64,000 bases of DNA, taken from positions 896-64,895 of the forward strand of contig QZKH01000009.1 in NCBI GenBank assembly GCA_003598025.1, in the 5' to 3' direction. This document shows, one piece after another, positions 10,581 to 21,474 of this stretch. This stretch comes from Candidatus Omnitrophota bacterium (GTDB lineage Bacteria; Omnitrophota; Gorgyraeia; Gygaellales; Profunditerraquicolaceae). The first letter of the stretch is position 1, and every line of letters starts with the position of its first letter. The notes under the pieces are model-generated. The model was not told the origin of the DNA and ran no database searches. It saw nothing but the letters and a program-made list of their open reading frames with translations. The position numbers were made by a program, and so were the translations under genes.

Positions 10581-12129
10581 CCCGATGGTAACCCTGCAAC
10601 GATTTCACGCCCAGCTTCTTATTGAGTATCGTCTCTATACCGTTTACTGTGGCCTGAGCGCCTGATATTGTAGTGGTATAAGCAATATTATAATGAATGA
10701 CATGCGATCTGATTTTTACCTCGTCTTTTCTCGGCATTCTTCCGGAAGGCGTATTTATTACAAGCTGTATTTTATTGTCTTTCATCAAGTCCAATATATT
10801 TGGCCTGCCTTCAGCTATTTTGTAAAGCACCTTCACGGCAATACCGCCCCGTTTCAATATTTGAGCTGTCCCGATGGTAGCAAATATATTAAATCCGAGT
10901 ATCTTTAATTTTCTGGCAATGGGGACTATCGCAGTTTTATCTTTATCCCTGACTGAAATAAAGACATTCCCTTTACCCGGAAGGTTCTGGCCTGCGGCAA
11001 GCTGACTTTTAATATAAGCGCTTCCAAAATCATTATCTATGCCCATAACTTCGCCTGTTGACTTCATTTCCGGGCCCAAAGCAATATCAACTCCAGGGAA
11101 ACGGTTAAAAGGGAATACCGATTCTTTTACTGCTACATGCCTCGGGATAATTTCTTTAGTAAAGCCCATATCTTTTAATGAAGAACCAACCATAATTTTT
11201 GTAGCCAGCTTAGCTAAAGGAATACCTATCGCCTTGGAGACAAAAGGCACCGTCCTGGATGCGCGGGGATTTACCTCCAGGACAAAAACCTTTGAATCTT
11301 TAACGGCATATTGCACATTCATCAGGCCTACTATTTTTAATTCTTTTGCCATCTTATATGTAGCTTCACGGATTTGGCTTAACACAGACGGTGACAGGCT
11401 AAATGATGGGATGGCCATCGCAGAATCACCTGAATGGATACCCGCTTCTTCTATATGCTCCATTATTCCGCCGATAACAAAATCCTTCCCGTCACCGATC
11501 AAGTCAACATCAACCTCAAGCGCATCCTCTAAGAATTTATCTATAAGTATGGGGTGCTCACCGGAAACCTTGGCCGCTTCTTTTATAAACACCTCTAACG
11601 TGCTTTCTTCGTATACAATTTCCATTGCACGACCGCCCAATACGTATGATGGCCTTACCAGAACAGGATAGCCTATTTTACGCGCCACTTCCCTTGCCTC
11701 AATAAAATTAAATGCTGTTCCGTTCTCCGGCTGCACGATGCCCAATTTTTTTAACATCTGCTGAAATCGCTTCCTATCCTCAGCTATATCTATACTATCT
11801 GCGCTGGTACCAAGTAAATTCACGCCCGATTCTCTCAAAGAAACAGCTAAATTTAAAGGGGTTTGCCCTCCGAACTGGACGATTACACCCATAGGCTTTT
11901 CAATCTCAATGATATTGGATATATCCTCAAAGGTCAGCGGCTCAAAGTAGAGCTTATCTGATGTATCGTAATCCGTAGATACTGTTTCGGGATTGCAATT
12001 GACCATTATGCTTTTTATGCCCTCTTCTTTGAGCGCAAAAGCAGCATGGCAACAACAATAATCAAATTCAATACCCTGACCAATTCTATTAGGGCCTCCG
12101 CCTAAAATAATAACTCTCTTCTCTTTCAT
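10543..12129 (-). CDS. carB: Carbamoyl-phosphate synthase large subunit, C-terminal half only (ATP-grasp plus MGS domain)
   Basis: Starts at [16 protein letters not shown]; [29 protein letters not shown]; 528 aa versus ~1070 for full-length CarB. Confidence 0.93.
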   Translation of the reverse strand: MKEKRVIILGGGPNRIGQGIEFDYCCCHAAFALKEEGIKSIMVNCNPETVSTDYDTSDKLYFEPLTFEDISNIIEIEKPMGVIVQFGGQTPLNLAVSLRESGVNLLGTSADSIDIAEDRKRFQQMLKKLGIVQPENGTAFNFIEAREVARKIGYPVLVRPSYVLGGRAMEIVYEESTLEVFIKEAAKVSGEHPILIDKFLEDALEVDVDLIGDGKDFVIGGIMEHIEEAGIHSGDSAMAIPSFSLSPSVLSQIREATYKMAKELKIVGLMNVQYAVKDSKVFVLEVNPRASRTVPFVSKAIGIPLAKLATKIMVGSSLKDMGFTKEIIPRHVAVKESVFPFNRFPGVDIALGPEMKSTGEVMGIDNDFGSAYIKSQLAAGQNLPGKGNVFISVRDKDKTAIVPIARKLKILGFNIFATIGTAQILKRGGIAVKVLYKIAEGRPNILDLMKDNKIQLVINTPSGRMPRKDEVKIRSHVIHYNIAYTTTISGAQATVNGIETILNKKLGVKSLQGYHRDAKVGKTKHKNK

Positions 12130-12130
12130 A

Positions 12131-12583
12131 TCATTTTAACCTTTTCTTAACCTCTGATATTGCCTGAGTTATACTATCAACGCTTATAACTCCGGGTATA
12201 TCCCAAGAGCCGAGGCTGATTACAGGAATGCCGAACTGTAAACAATAGGCTATTTCCGATAAAGTCCCTGCTTCCCCGGGAAGAGCTATCACAATATCCG
12301 CACTCTTAACTACTAATACATTTCTGGCTAAGCCTAACCCTGTAGGTATAACAATATCTATGAATTTGTTAGCGTCGTTCTTTTTGTAACTCGGTATAAT
12401 ACCTATAGTTATACCATTTCCCTCTTTGAATCCCTTATTAACTGCTTCCATTACTCCACTTAAGCCGCCAGAAACCAAAATATCAACCACTTTAGCCAAA
12501 TTTTTACCTAAATTAAGGGCTAAACACTCCACCCTGCTATTACTTTTGTGCCCACCTATTACCGCGATAACCTTTTTTTGCAT
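12131..12583 (-). CDS. TIGR00725 / LOG (SLOG) family protein
   Basis: [28 protein letters not shown]. Confidence 0.88.
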   Translation of the reverse strand: MQKKVIAVIGGHKSNSRVECLALNLGKNLAKVVDILVSGGLSGVMEAVNKGFKEGNGITIGIIPSYKKNDANKFIDIVIPTGLGLARNVLVVKSADIVIALPGEAGTLSEIAYCLQFGIPVISLGSWDIPGVISVDSITQAISEVKKRLK

Positions 12584-12625
12584 ATGCTTATTCCTTGTGT
12601 TAAGCTTTCAGCTCTTTTAAGCTCG

Positions 12626-12697
12626 TGCGCCTGGGCCGAATCGAACGGCCACACATGGCTCCGGAGGCCATTGCGCTATCCGTTGCGCTACAGGCGC
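12626..12697 (-). tRNA. tRNA-Arg(CCG)
   Basis: GCGCCTG acceptor stem, ATGGC-CTCCGGA-GCCAT anticodon arm, GGCCG-TTCGATT-CGGCC T arm; CCA not encoded. Confidence 0.95.
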
Positions 12698-12738
12698 TCA
12701 ATACTTGCCAAAACGACAAATCTAGCTGCAGAATTATT

Positions 12739-13020
12739 TCAATAAGCGCTCTCTGCGTAAATATCGTAGCGAGAAATCTGCGGGACTATTTGAAAGCTTA
12801 ATTCACCCAATCTGGCTTCAAAAGTCTTGGTTTTGCCTACTGGAAAATTCTTTATCTTGAGCATGGCAGTACCTACCGGGACGTTACCAATAAATACTAC
12901 GATTCGGAAAACCACAGAGCTAAAATTCTTCCCTGAATCATTGGTAATCTCACCTGTAATAAGCAGCCAATTTTCCTGCTCATGTTTCTTAAAATGGATA
13001 TTGGTGTAAGTAAATCTCAT
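12739..13020 (-). CDS. Small beta-rich hypothetical protein (FxLYD-domain-like)
   Basis: ITGEITNDSGK...GKTKTFE pattern; same strand and tight packing as neighbours. Confidence 0.6.
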   Translation of the reverse strand: MRFTYTNIHFKKHEQENWLLITGEITNDSGKNFSSVVFRIVVFIGNVPVGTAMLKIKNFPVGKTKTFEARLGELSFQIVPQISRYDIYAESAY

Positions 13021-13030
13021 TATCTGGTTG

Positions 13031-14266
13031 CTAGAATAAACTCAGTTGTTCTTCGTCTTTTTCTTTATGTTCCTGGTTAAAAACTTTTATTACTCCATAC
13101 TCTCCGTCAAAACCGGCTTTAACATTGACCTTGCCCTCACGCATCCGGATTATCCCCTCAGAGATACGGCCGGGCAACCTTTCTTTAAGCTCCTGGGTGC
13201 TTGCCTTTAATAATACATTGAATTCGCTGCCGAATTTGGAAATAATACCCATAAATTCCTTTTCTACAGCTTGTGATGTTTTAGAGACATTTTTCGTTTC
13301 TGCTATAATCTCATCCAGAGGGATAAGATTTTTATATGGGATAGAATTCTCAGGCACATATCCAAGCGGCCTATCTGCAAGCTGCTCAACCCTGTTCATA
13401 ACACCTACTGTTACCTGCTTTCCGCATTTAGGGCATTTGCCCTTATTCTTCCTCGTTTCTTCGGGAGAAAGCCTTACATCACACAATCTATGGCCGTCGA
13501 AATGATACTTTCCTTCTTCGGGGAAAAATTCAATAGTGTATAAAAGCTTTTTCTTGTCTTTATTTTTTAACGTGTCCCTTATCTCCTGATAGCTAAGGCC
13601 GCAATCAAAGACATTCGCCTCGCGCCCGATTTTTGAAGGAGAATGGGAATCGCTATTAGAAATAAGGGTAAATGGATCTAATGCGCTCAGCCTCCAATTC
13701 ATCGCCGGGTCGCTGGAAAGGCCTGTTTCCAATGCGAATATTTTGCCTGTCTGGTCCTCAAAACAATCCTCTATACGGTCAAACCCAGACATCGATCCAA
13801 AAAGAGAAAACCATGGGGTCCAGATATGTCCCGGCACGATCATACAGCTTTCGTCTATATCAAAAACTATCTCGGCCAAGTCCCTTGCGTCTATGCCTAA
13901 TATCGGGCGGCCGTCACTGGCAATATTGCCTCTTTTGCCCAAGGCAGAGTTTATCTTATCTGTTGTTTTAAAAGACGGTGAAATTATAAGGTTGTGTATC
14001 CTGTAAGTCTTACCCTTCTTTGAATAAATGCTGCTTACTTCTGACGTGAGTATAAAATGTATTCCCTTGTGTATAAAAAGCCCATTGCCCAAATCCTCGA
14101 GCTTGCCTTTAAGCTCCTCAAGCCACAAATGATGAGTAAAATCTCCTGTACCCATCAAGGCTATACCTTTAAGCTTAGCCCACTGGCTAATATGCTCGAT
14201 ATCCATATCTCTTGACGTGGCACGGGAGTATTTTGAATGAATATGAAAATCAGCTATAAATTCCAT
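13031..14266 (-). CDS. Endonuclease Q family protein (PHP domain plus zinc finger)
   Basis: ADFHIHSKYSRATS, GTGDFTH, HIWTPWFS, ETGLSSD, SNSDSHS, GKYHFDGHRLC, CPKCG. Confidence 0.92.
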   Translation of the reverse strand: MEFIADFHIHSKYSRATSRDMDIEHISQWAKLKGIALMGTGDFTHHLWLEELKGKLEDLGNGLFIHKGIHFILTSEVSSIYSKKGKTYRIHNLIISPSFKTTDKINSALGKRGNIASDGRPILGIDARDLAEIVFDIDESCMIVPGHIWTPWFSLFGSMSGFDRIEDCFEDQTGKIFALETGLSSDPAMNWRLSALDPFTLISNSDSHSPSKIGREANVFDCGLSYQEIRDTLKNKDKKKLLYTIEFFPEEGKYHFDGHRLCDVRLSPEETRKNKGKCPKCGKQVTVGVMNRVEQLADRPLGYVPENSIPYKNLIPLDEIIAETKNVSKTSQAVEKEFMGIISKFGSEFNVLLKASTQELKERLPGRISEGIIRMREGKVNVKAGFDGEYGVIKVFNQEHKEKDEEQLSLF

Positions 14267-14322
14267 GACTTTCTTATAATCATATCAGAATTAAAAACAA
14301 TATTCAACCGCTTAAACAGGTA

Positions 14323-15600
14323 TTAGCCCTTTGAATAAACAATGCTGCCCTTGCAAATAGTGTATTCAACCAACCCAAATAACTTTTTGTTAATAAACGG
14401 GGAATTTTTTGATTTTGACAGGAAAAATTCTTTTTCAACAACCCATTCTGTTTCAGGAGATACTATAGCGATATCTGCATCTTCTCCCTCTTTTACAAGG
14501 CCTTTTTTTAGCCCCAAAACCCTGGCTGGGTTAACGGTTAATTTCATTAATAACTGCGGCCAGTCTAAAATCTTGGTTTTTACCAATTCAGTATAGGAAA
14601 CGGCTAATAAGGTCTCAAGGCCGATAACGCCAAAAGCAGCCCGCTCAAATTCGATCTCTTTTTCATTTTCTGTATGGGGAGCGTGGTCCGAAGCGATAAT
14701 GTCTATTATACCTTCCTTTAAAGCTCCCCTTAATGCAAGAAGGTCTTCTTTTCTGCGTAATGGCGGGTTCATCTTCATGTTTGTATCAAAACCCTCCACC
14801 GCGCTTTCATCCAAAGTAAAATAGTGCGGCGCTGTTTCTGCTGTAATGTTGACGCCAGTTTTTTTGGCCTCAGCGATTAACTCAATAGATTCTTTAGAGC
14901 TCACATGGGCAATATGAATATGGGAGCCGCTTTTCTTAGCTAAATTTATATCCCTGCTGACTCTTTTATATTCCGATTCCCTCGAAATGCCTCTTAACCC
15001 GAGCTTTGTCGAATAAAAACCCGCGTTAATGACTCCTCCCGCAGAAAGGCTTAAGTCTTCGCAATGGCATATCACCGGGACTCCGGCTTTTTTTGCAGCC
15101 TTAAAAGCGCTGAACATAACATTATCGTCATCGACTGAATTGCCGTCTTCAGAAATAGCTAAAGCTCCGCTTTTTTTTAGTGCCGCGATATCCACAAGCT
15201 CTTTGCCTTTTCGTTCTTTGGTAATAGCTCCGCAAATAAACACATTTACATTGGCAGTTTTCTGAATTATGTCTTTAAGCAATTTTATATTGCCGGCTGA
15301 GTCCATAGCCGGATCAGTATTGGGCATGGCTAATACTGAAGTTACCCCGCCCTTGGCTGCTGCCAGTGTACCGCTTTGCACTGTTTCCTTATCTTCTCTG
15401 CCGGGCTCCCTTAGGTGGACATGCATATCGATAAGGCCGGGCACCGCTATTTTATTGGCAGCATCGATAATTTTGGGCGCGCCTGCCTTGATATTTTTCC
15501 CGATTTTTAAAATCTTTGAGCCGTCGATAAGGATATCTGCTATCTGGTCAAGTTTATCGGCAGGACTTATAATTCTTGCGTCCTTAATCAACAGTTTCAT
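14323..15600 (-). CDS. pyrC: Dihydroorotase
   Basis: DMHVHLREPG, MPNT, KMNPPLR, SDHAPH. Confidence 0.96.
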   Translation of the reverse strand: MKLLIKDARIISPADKLDQIADILIDGSKILKIGKNIKAGAPKIIDAANKIAVPGLIDMHVHLREPGREDKETVQSGTLAAAKGGVTSVLAMPNTDPAMDSAGNIKLLKDIIQKTANVNVFICGAITKERKGKELVDIAALKKSGALAISEDGNSVDDDNVMFSAFKAAKKAGVPVICHCEDLSLSAGGVINAGFYSTKLGLRGISRESEYKRVSRDINLAKKSGSHIHIAHVSSKESIELIAEAKKTGVNITAETAPHYFTLDESAVEGFDTNMKMNPPLRRKEDLLALRGALKEGIIDIIASDHAPHTENEKEIEFERAAFGVIGLETLLAVSYTELVKTKILDWPQLLMKLTVNPARVLGLKKGLVKEGEDADIAIVSPETEWVVEKEFFLSKSKNSPFINKKLFGLVEYTICKGSIVYSKG

Positions 15601-16531
15601 TTTTTCGCCTTTCATTGGCCTGGGCAACCAAAAATAACACCGCCATTCTTACCGCTATGCCGTTAGTCACCTGCTCTAAAATAACTGAATTATCTCCGTC
15701 CGCAACATCGCTGGACATCTCTATCCCCCTATTAATTGGCCCGGGATGCATAACAATTATCTTCTTTGCGCTTTTATTTAATCTCTCTTTTGTTATACCG
15801 AACTCCCTGAAATATTCAAGCTGTTTTGGAAAGGCGTCTTTTTCATCGCGCTCAAACTGCATGCGCAGGACATTTACGGCATCTGCATTTTTAAGGGCGG
15901 ATTCTATATTATTCGTGATCTTGACGCCCATCTTTTCTATCCCGTCAGGTATCAGCATCTTTGGCGCGCAGACTGTTACGTTCCCCCCGAGTTTAGTGAG
16001 CCCCCATATATTTGACCTTGCCACTCTTGAGTGCGCGATATCGCCGACTATACTCACATTTAAACCTTCTATTCGCCCTAGTTTTTCCTTTAAAGTAAAT
16101 ATATCCAGCAAGGCCTGGGTCGGATGCTCATGCCAGCCATCGCCTCCATTAACAACACTGATATCAAGGCTACGGGCAAGCATATGTGCTGCACCCGAAC
16201 AATTATGCCGCATCACTATTATATCTGCATTTAATGCCTGTATGTTTTTCCCGGTATCTATAAGCGTTTCTCCTTTACGGACGCTGGATGTCTCGGTGGC
16301 AATATTTATCACATCTGCGGATAGTCTTTTTGCGGCTACTTCGAATGAAACCCTTGTACGGGTAGAAGGTTCATAAAACAAATTAACTACGGTCTTGCCT
16401 CTTAAAGCAGGGACTTTCTTGATCTCTCTGGTTGAAACCTCTTTAAACGAATCTGCCGTGCTTAAAATAAGTTCAATTTCTTCTCTGCTTAAATATTCTA
16501 ATCCTAACAAATCTTTCTTTGTCCAAACCAT
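15584..16531 (-). CDS. pyrB: Aspartate carbamoyltransferase catalytic subunit
   Basis: FYEPSTRT, HEHPTQALLD, HSRVARS, MHPGPINRG. Confidence 0.97.
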   Translation of the reverse strand: MVWTKKDLLGLEYLSREEIELILSTADSFKEVSTREIKKVPALRGKTVVNLFYEPSTRTRVSFEVAAKRLSADVINIATETSSVRKGETLIDTGKNIQALNADIIVMRHNCSGAAHMLARSLDISVVNGGDGWHEHPTQALLDIFTLKEKLGRIEGLNVSIVGDIAHSRVARSNIWGLTKLGGNVTVCAPKMLIPDGIEKMGVKITNNIESALKNADAVNVLRMQFERDEKDAFPKQLEYFREFGITKERLNKSAKKIIVMHPGPINRGIEMSSDVADGDNSVILEQVTNGIAVRMAVLFLVAQANERRKNETVD

Positions 16532-16535
16532 AGAT

Positions 16536-17090
<555 letters not shown>

Positions 17091-17113
17091 TTATAACACC
17101 CGGCGTAAAAGCA

Positions 17114-17204
17114 CCTTGGCATAAAGGATTGCCAAGTACGCCCCTGCTGGGCAGGATTGCCGGTGGCGCAGAAAGCGCATACTTGCCAATCATTTTTGGC
17201 AAGG
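17114..17204. repeat. Pair of inverted 28-bp hairpin repeats (BIME-like)
   Basis: 17114-17141 versus reverse complement of 17177-17204: 23/28 identical with a compensatory stem change. Confidence 0.7.
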
Positions 17205-17224
17205 CATGTGTTGCTTTCTGCAAC

Positions 17225-17262
17225 AAAAAACCCTTGGCTGGCTTTTTGCCTATTCCAAGGGT
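17225..17262 (-). terminator. Attenuator terminator of the pyrR leader
   Basis: ACCCTTGG...CCAAGGGT stem followed by a T run on the - strand. Confidence 0.8.
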
Positions 17263-17300
17263 ATCTTTTTTTATTTTTAATTATTTTTCCCATTTTATTT

Positions 17301-17335
17301 ACCTTGCCAGCTTCTCAGAGCCGGCTTAAAGGTCA
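17301..17335 (-). promoter_or_regulatory. PyrR-binding RNA hairpin
   Basis: CCTTTAA-GCCGGCTCTGAGAAGCTGGC-AAGG resembles the PyrR binding loop; sits upstream of a terminator and pyrR. Confidence 0.8.
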
Positions 17336-17350
17336 GTATTTATTTTATTA

Positions 17351-17379
17351 AATATACCATGCACATAAGGCAATGTCAA
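17351..17379 (-). promoter_or_regulatory. Sigma70 promoter of the pyr operon
   Basis: TTGACA-17 bp-TATATT with extended TG. Confidence 0.8.
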
Positions 17380-17447
17380 GACAATAAATTAATTCGTAGT
17401 TCTTAGTTCATTGTTCGTGGATTTGGTGATTGGGGTTTTGGATTTAC

Positions 17448-17514
17448 AAAAAGGGGCGTTTTTGTTTAGGATACTTGTTCTTCCGGCTGATAAACCTGGA
17501 AGGAAACGCCCCCC
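17448..17514 (-). terminator. Probable intrinsic terminator with an enlarged, structured loop
   Basis: GGGGCGTTT...AAACGCCCC followed by TTTTT, downstream of the 1029-aa gene. Confidence 0.6.
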
Positions 17515-17525
17515 ATTAAAATCAA

Positions 17526-20500
17526 TTACTCAATTGTATTCTGCAGCTGCGTTTCAGCATTTTCTGACTCAAGTAAGCTTAACAGATCATTCAATTCCTG
17601 CGCCGAAGGAATACCTTTTGACTCCTGAAGCCGCATTATCTGCGCTATACAATTTATGGCATTGCTTCTGCCTGCGGCGAACTCTCCCCTTTTTGCACTT
17701 GCCAAAATGTAATCTTTTATCCTCTGGACAGACGGGATAATACCCCCGTTAATCATGTCTTCCAATTGCTGAGACTCTTTATCTTTTTTATAATATACTC
17801 TGTTATTGGTATTCCGGCTCTGCTTATATTCGGATATTGTTATCGGCAAATTCCTAAAATCAATACCTCCTATATTATAATCATTAGCGTCTTCTATCGG
17901 GCTGGAAGAAGTAAAATCTATAGTTGCGGGAGAAGGCTGGACATTCTTTGTTAATACAGTCCAGTCCGAAGCAGCATCAATATACCTGCTCGTAAACGAA
18001 GGGAACTCTTCCACTATAACCTGGTTCTCTATACCGTCTTCGCCGGCAAAGAGCTTCTCCTCAACGATTAATTTACCGCTATCCGGGTTTAATACGCGCT
18101 CAATTTCACCTATGGCCTGCCTGAATTTATCTTGATCCCTAAAATAAACCAATACTCCGGATTCAAATATAACATCAAAATAGCCTGAGGCAAAAGGCAG
18201 GTGCTTAACATCGGCGGCTGCTACAAAAACACCATTCTGCATCCCAGAATTAGCCAGGCCTAAATCTATAGCAAAAGATTCTATACTATCCCCGTATTTT
18301 TCTTTGAGCTTTCCCGAGGCAACAGCATGCGGGCCGGAGCCTATCTCCAGCACCCTGACTTTATTACCGCCCTTTTCTGTCAGCCTATTATCAATTGTAC
18401 TAAAAATGTCTTCGGGAAGCCTGCCTCTGTCGCTTAGATCCGGATTCTGCGCATGGAATACCTGCCATAATGCCCTTTCTTCTTCATCGTTAAGGGCTAG
18501 ATCCGTAGTCATTGATAATGCGCCCATTGTGTCGTAATCAATAACCCCTTGTTCAAATTTTTCCCTGATTTCGGCCGGCCAAGAACCGTAATAACGGCTG
18601 GCCTTACCTCTAACCCGCCGGATAATCTCCATCGGGCTGGACGCTTTCTTTTCTAATACTACAAAAGCGGTTGGGAACAATAGTGTTTTTTCGCCATATT
18701 TTATAAATATATCTTCCCTAGGCGTTAACGAATCCCTGCTTACCGGCAAACGCACAAATCCAGAACTTTCAGCAATGCTCTCTAATGGCAGGTCGCTCTT
18801 ATCTAAAATAAGCACTTTGTCGCCTTCGCGCAATACCTGAGTAAATAAATACTCTAAAATCTCCCGGGCCCTGTCTTGATTCCCCTGCCCTGCAAATCTA
18901 TTAAAACCCTTAAGTATGAGTACGTAAGGATTTTCTCTCCCGTCTATAAGCAGGTTGCGATAGCTGGCACTATTCAAAGCATCCTGTCTTTTATCCAAAG
19001 CACCTGCTCTACTGATGCGCTCTATTTGAGATGTATCCAGGTCTAATGCCGCCACCTTAAGGTTCAACATCCCCGGTATGCTTAGGTCTGTTAGGTCGTC
19101 ATTAATAGCCTGGGTTTGGCCGACCGCATCCACAATAAGGTCCAGGCCTCTTAAAGGATAAATATAAGTCGGCCGGGATTTTGACCATTCATTAAAAGAC
19201 TGCAACAATTCATAATAAGCCTTGTTTATTGCTGATATTCTTTCGATACCGCTAAGCAATAAGGATCTTGCGCCTGCTGGAAAATCATCTGTAATTCTGG
19301 CAATGCCTTCCTCATAAAACCTCAGCGAGCTATCAAACGCCAGATCACTCACAGGGGAAGAAACGCCGTCAGCAATTCCTTGGGCATCAATCTCGGGAGA
19401 CTGAACAATATTAATTGTGACTTTAAAAGGATCCAGTCGGTCTAGGCTTACGGGTACAGCCTCTGCGGCTATAAGATAATCGGCAAATGGCAACGTCTGT
19501 GGCGTAGCTGCATCAATTATACGCATCTTTGTATCTTCTGCTAACGTCGTGGTGCCAAGAACCTGTTCTGAGGGGGCCATAAAAACAACATTATTAAGCG
19601 CTATGCCCCCGGAAAAATATGTCCTCACACTTTGTCCATATGCCGTAAATACGGGTTCCTTTAAGTTATATTCGCCTGATTCAAAAGATTTCTTATATTC
19701 ATTAAAGTAATAAGCGCTATCCCATGCTTTTTCAGAAGTCAATCCTGTGAGGTTGCCTTTGTCTACTAATGCCGGATAAAAACTGCTGCTTCCCGCATAT
19801 CTTGCCTTGAACCACTGGGCTAATATCAAAGAGTTATATACCCGACGAAGTAAAGAGTATCTTTTGGCTGTATTTACATCTTTTATCAATTCCGGGATTA
19901 TAAACTGGCGCATCAGTTCAGATGCATATTCATTTAAAGCCTTGAGTTTTGGATCGTCAAATTTATAGTTGTCTGAGTCTTTAAGGAAATCTTGTTCCAG
20001 CATGACTTTTAAAGAAGCCTTATAAATATAAGCATTATTGCCCGCCTGGCGTATGATTATCTCGTCCGGCACAATCCAGGGCCTGGCCAGGGTCGGGATA
20101 TTTAAATTTTGGTTTCCAAAAATCTCTCCTGCTTTTTTATAAAGCTTATCCCAGTATTGTCTGCCTGTTTTCGTTGCTGGAGAAGTATATTTAGCCGTAT
20201 CTTTCTTAAGCTGTAGGTCTGCCTCTAAAAGCACTTTTCCGAAATCTGTCTTTGCGAGGTTGTCGTCTATTGTGACCTGGCTGGCATCGGGGCGGAGATT
20301 AACCCAAAAAGACTCTTTGGGCAGGCTTAATGCAATAAAGAAAAATTGAAGTATGTTTTCTACGGAATTACTGCTTAAATCCTGCTCATCCCCCTTATCG
20401 ATAAAAACCTTGAAATTATTAGTCGCGCTGTCATATTCAAGATAGCGCAGGCTGGCTGGGCGGAATGATTCTTGAGATAAAGAGTTGCGCAGACCTGATA

Positions 20501-20615
20501 TAATCCCAGAGAAATCTACTTGAGGCAAAATCTGCGCAAGCCCTAATTGGCTATAGATAAAAACAAGGGCGATTAAAATTATAATGATTTTTTTATTTTT
20601 GCCTCGTATCTGCAT
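17526..20615 (-). CDS. Large secreted modular protein with a class I SAM methyltransferase domain and C-terminal GGIDF motif
   Basis: Signal peptide; N-terminal domain (FWVNLRPD, LLEADLQLKKD, RPWIVP); VLEIGSG...ADVKHLPF...FDVI...RVLNP methyltransferase motifs; repeated SSP linkers. Confidence 0.85.
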   Translation of the reverse strand: MQIRGKNKKIIIILIALVFIYSQLGLAQILPQVDFSGIISGLRNSLSQESFRPASLRYLEYDSATNNFKVFIDKGDEQDLSSNSVENILQFFFIALSLPKESFWVNLRPDASQVTIDDNLAKTDFGKVLLEADLQLKKDTAKYTSPATKTGRQYWDKLYKKAGEIFGNQNLNIPTLARPWIVPDEIIIRQAGNNAYIYKASLKVMLEQDFLKDSDNYKFDDPKLKALNEYASELMRQFIIPELIKDVNTAKRYSLLRRVYNSLILAQWFKARYAGSSSFYPALVDKGNLTGLTSEKAWDSAYYFNEYKKSFESGEYNLKEPVFTAYGQSVRTYFSGGIALNNVVFMAPSEQVLGTTTLAEDTKMRIIDAATPQTLPFADYLIAAEAVPVSLDRLDPFKVTINIVQSPEIDAQGIADGVSSPVSDLAFDSSLRFYEEGIARITDDFPAGARSLLLSGIERISAINKAYYELLQSFNEWSKSRPTYIYPLRGLDLIVDAVGQTQAINDDLTDLSIPGMLNLKVAALDLDTSQIERISRAGALDKRQDALNSASYRNLLIDGRENPYVLILKGFNRFAGQGNQDRAREILEYLFTQVLREGDKVLILDKSDLPLESIAESSGFVRLPVSRDSLTPREDIFIKYGEKTLLFPTAFVVLEKKASSPMEIIRRVRGKASRYYGSWPAEIREKFEQGVIDYDTMGALSMTTDLALNDEEERALWQVFHAQNPDLSDRGRLPEDIFSTIDNRLTEKGGNKVRVLEIGSGPHAVASGKLKEKYGDSIESFAIDLGLANSGMQNGVFVAAADVKHLPFASGYFDVIFESGVLVYFRDQDKFRQAIGEIERVLNPDSGKLIVEEKLFAGEDGIENQVIVEEFPSFTSRYIDAASDWTVLTKNVQPSPATIDFTSSSPIEDANDYNIGGIDFRNLPITISEYKQSRNTNNRVYYKKDKESQQLEDMINGGIIPSVQRIKDYILASAKRGEFAAGRSNAINCIAQIMRLQESKGIPSAQELNDLLSLLESENAETQLQNTIE

Positions 20616-20760
20616 ATATTAAAATAGCTAAGGCTTCATTTCTTACTCGGAGAATTTATGCTCCCAAGACCATAAAAGGGGTGTTCATCAGCCATTATAT
20701 TAAATATAAATGATTTAAAGATATAATACAACAATTAATTAATCTTCAGAGAAAACGCTT

Positions 20761-21414
20761 TCAAATAACAACCACGAATTCTCCGCGGGGTTTATTTTGT
20801 TTGAAATGGCTCAATATGTATTCTGGAGAGCCCCTTATAATCTCTTCAAATTTCTTGGTGAGTTCTCTGGCTACCACTATATGCTTATCACCAAATATTT
20901 CATGGACATCTTTAATAGTGGCAAGTATCCTGTGGCAAGATTCATAAAATATTACAGTTCGCTTAAGGCCCGATAACTCTTTAAGGCGGTTGTGCCGGGA
21001 AATACTTTTATTCGGCAGAAATCCTTCGAATATAAAACTGTGCGCTGGCTTGCCGGACAGGACTAAAGCATTAATAAAAGCGGTGGGTCCGGGAATAACG
21101 GTAACGTTAATATTATTTTCGATCGCCAGATTTATTATATTATAGCCCGGGTCAAGGATGCCGGGAGTACCTGCATCAGAGACTAGAGCTACATCCTTTC
21201 CTTCTTTTAAAACCCTCAGCAAATATTGGCCCTTAATAAGTTTGTTGTGCTCAAAATAGCTTGTGGTCGGAGTAAGGATATGATATTGATCAAGGAGGAT
21301 TTTGGTATGTCTGGTATCTTCGCAAGCAATCAAATCTACAGATTTTAACACTTCGATGGCCCTAAAACTTACATCAGCCAGATTGCCTATTGGGGTAGAA
21401 ACAACATACAACAT
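20761..21414 (-). CDS. rsmI: 16S rRNA (cytidine1402-2'-O)-methyltransferase
   Basis: TPIGNL, ACEDTRHT, VSDAGTPG, RELTKKFEE. Confidence 0.96.
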   Translation of the reverse strand: MLYVVSTPIGNLADVSFRAIEVLKSVDLIACEDTRHTKILLDQYHILTPTTSYFEHNKLIKGQYLLRVLKEGKDVALVSDAGTPGILDPGYNIINLAIENNINVTVIPGPTAFINALVLSGKPAHSFIFEGFLPNKSISRHNRLKELSGLKRTVIFYESCHRILATIKDVHEIFGDKHIVVARELTKKFEEIIRGSPEYILSHFKQNKPRGEFVVVI

Positions 21415-21474
21415 ATCTTATCCTTGGCTAGATAAATAGAGCCGGATTATTATTATCCGGGCTACAAATGATTG

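Noticed and set aside
20616-20700. Possible riboswitch upstream of the 1029-aa gene (GGCT...AGCC enclosing a small hairpin)
   Set aside because: No convincing match by eye to fluoride, c-di-GMP or SAM consensus; would need an Rfam scan.
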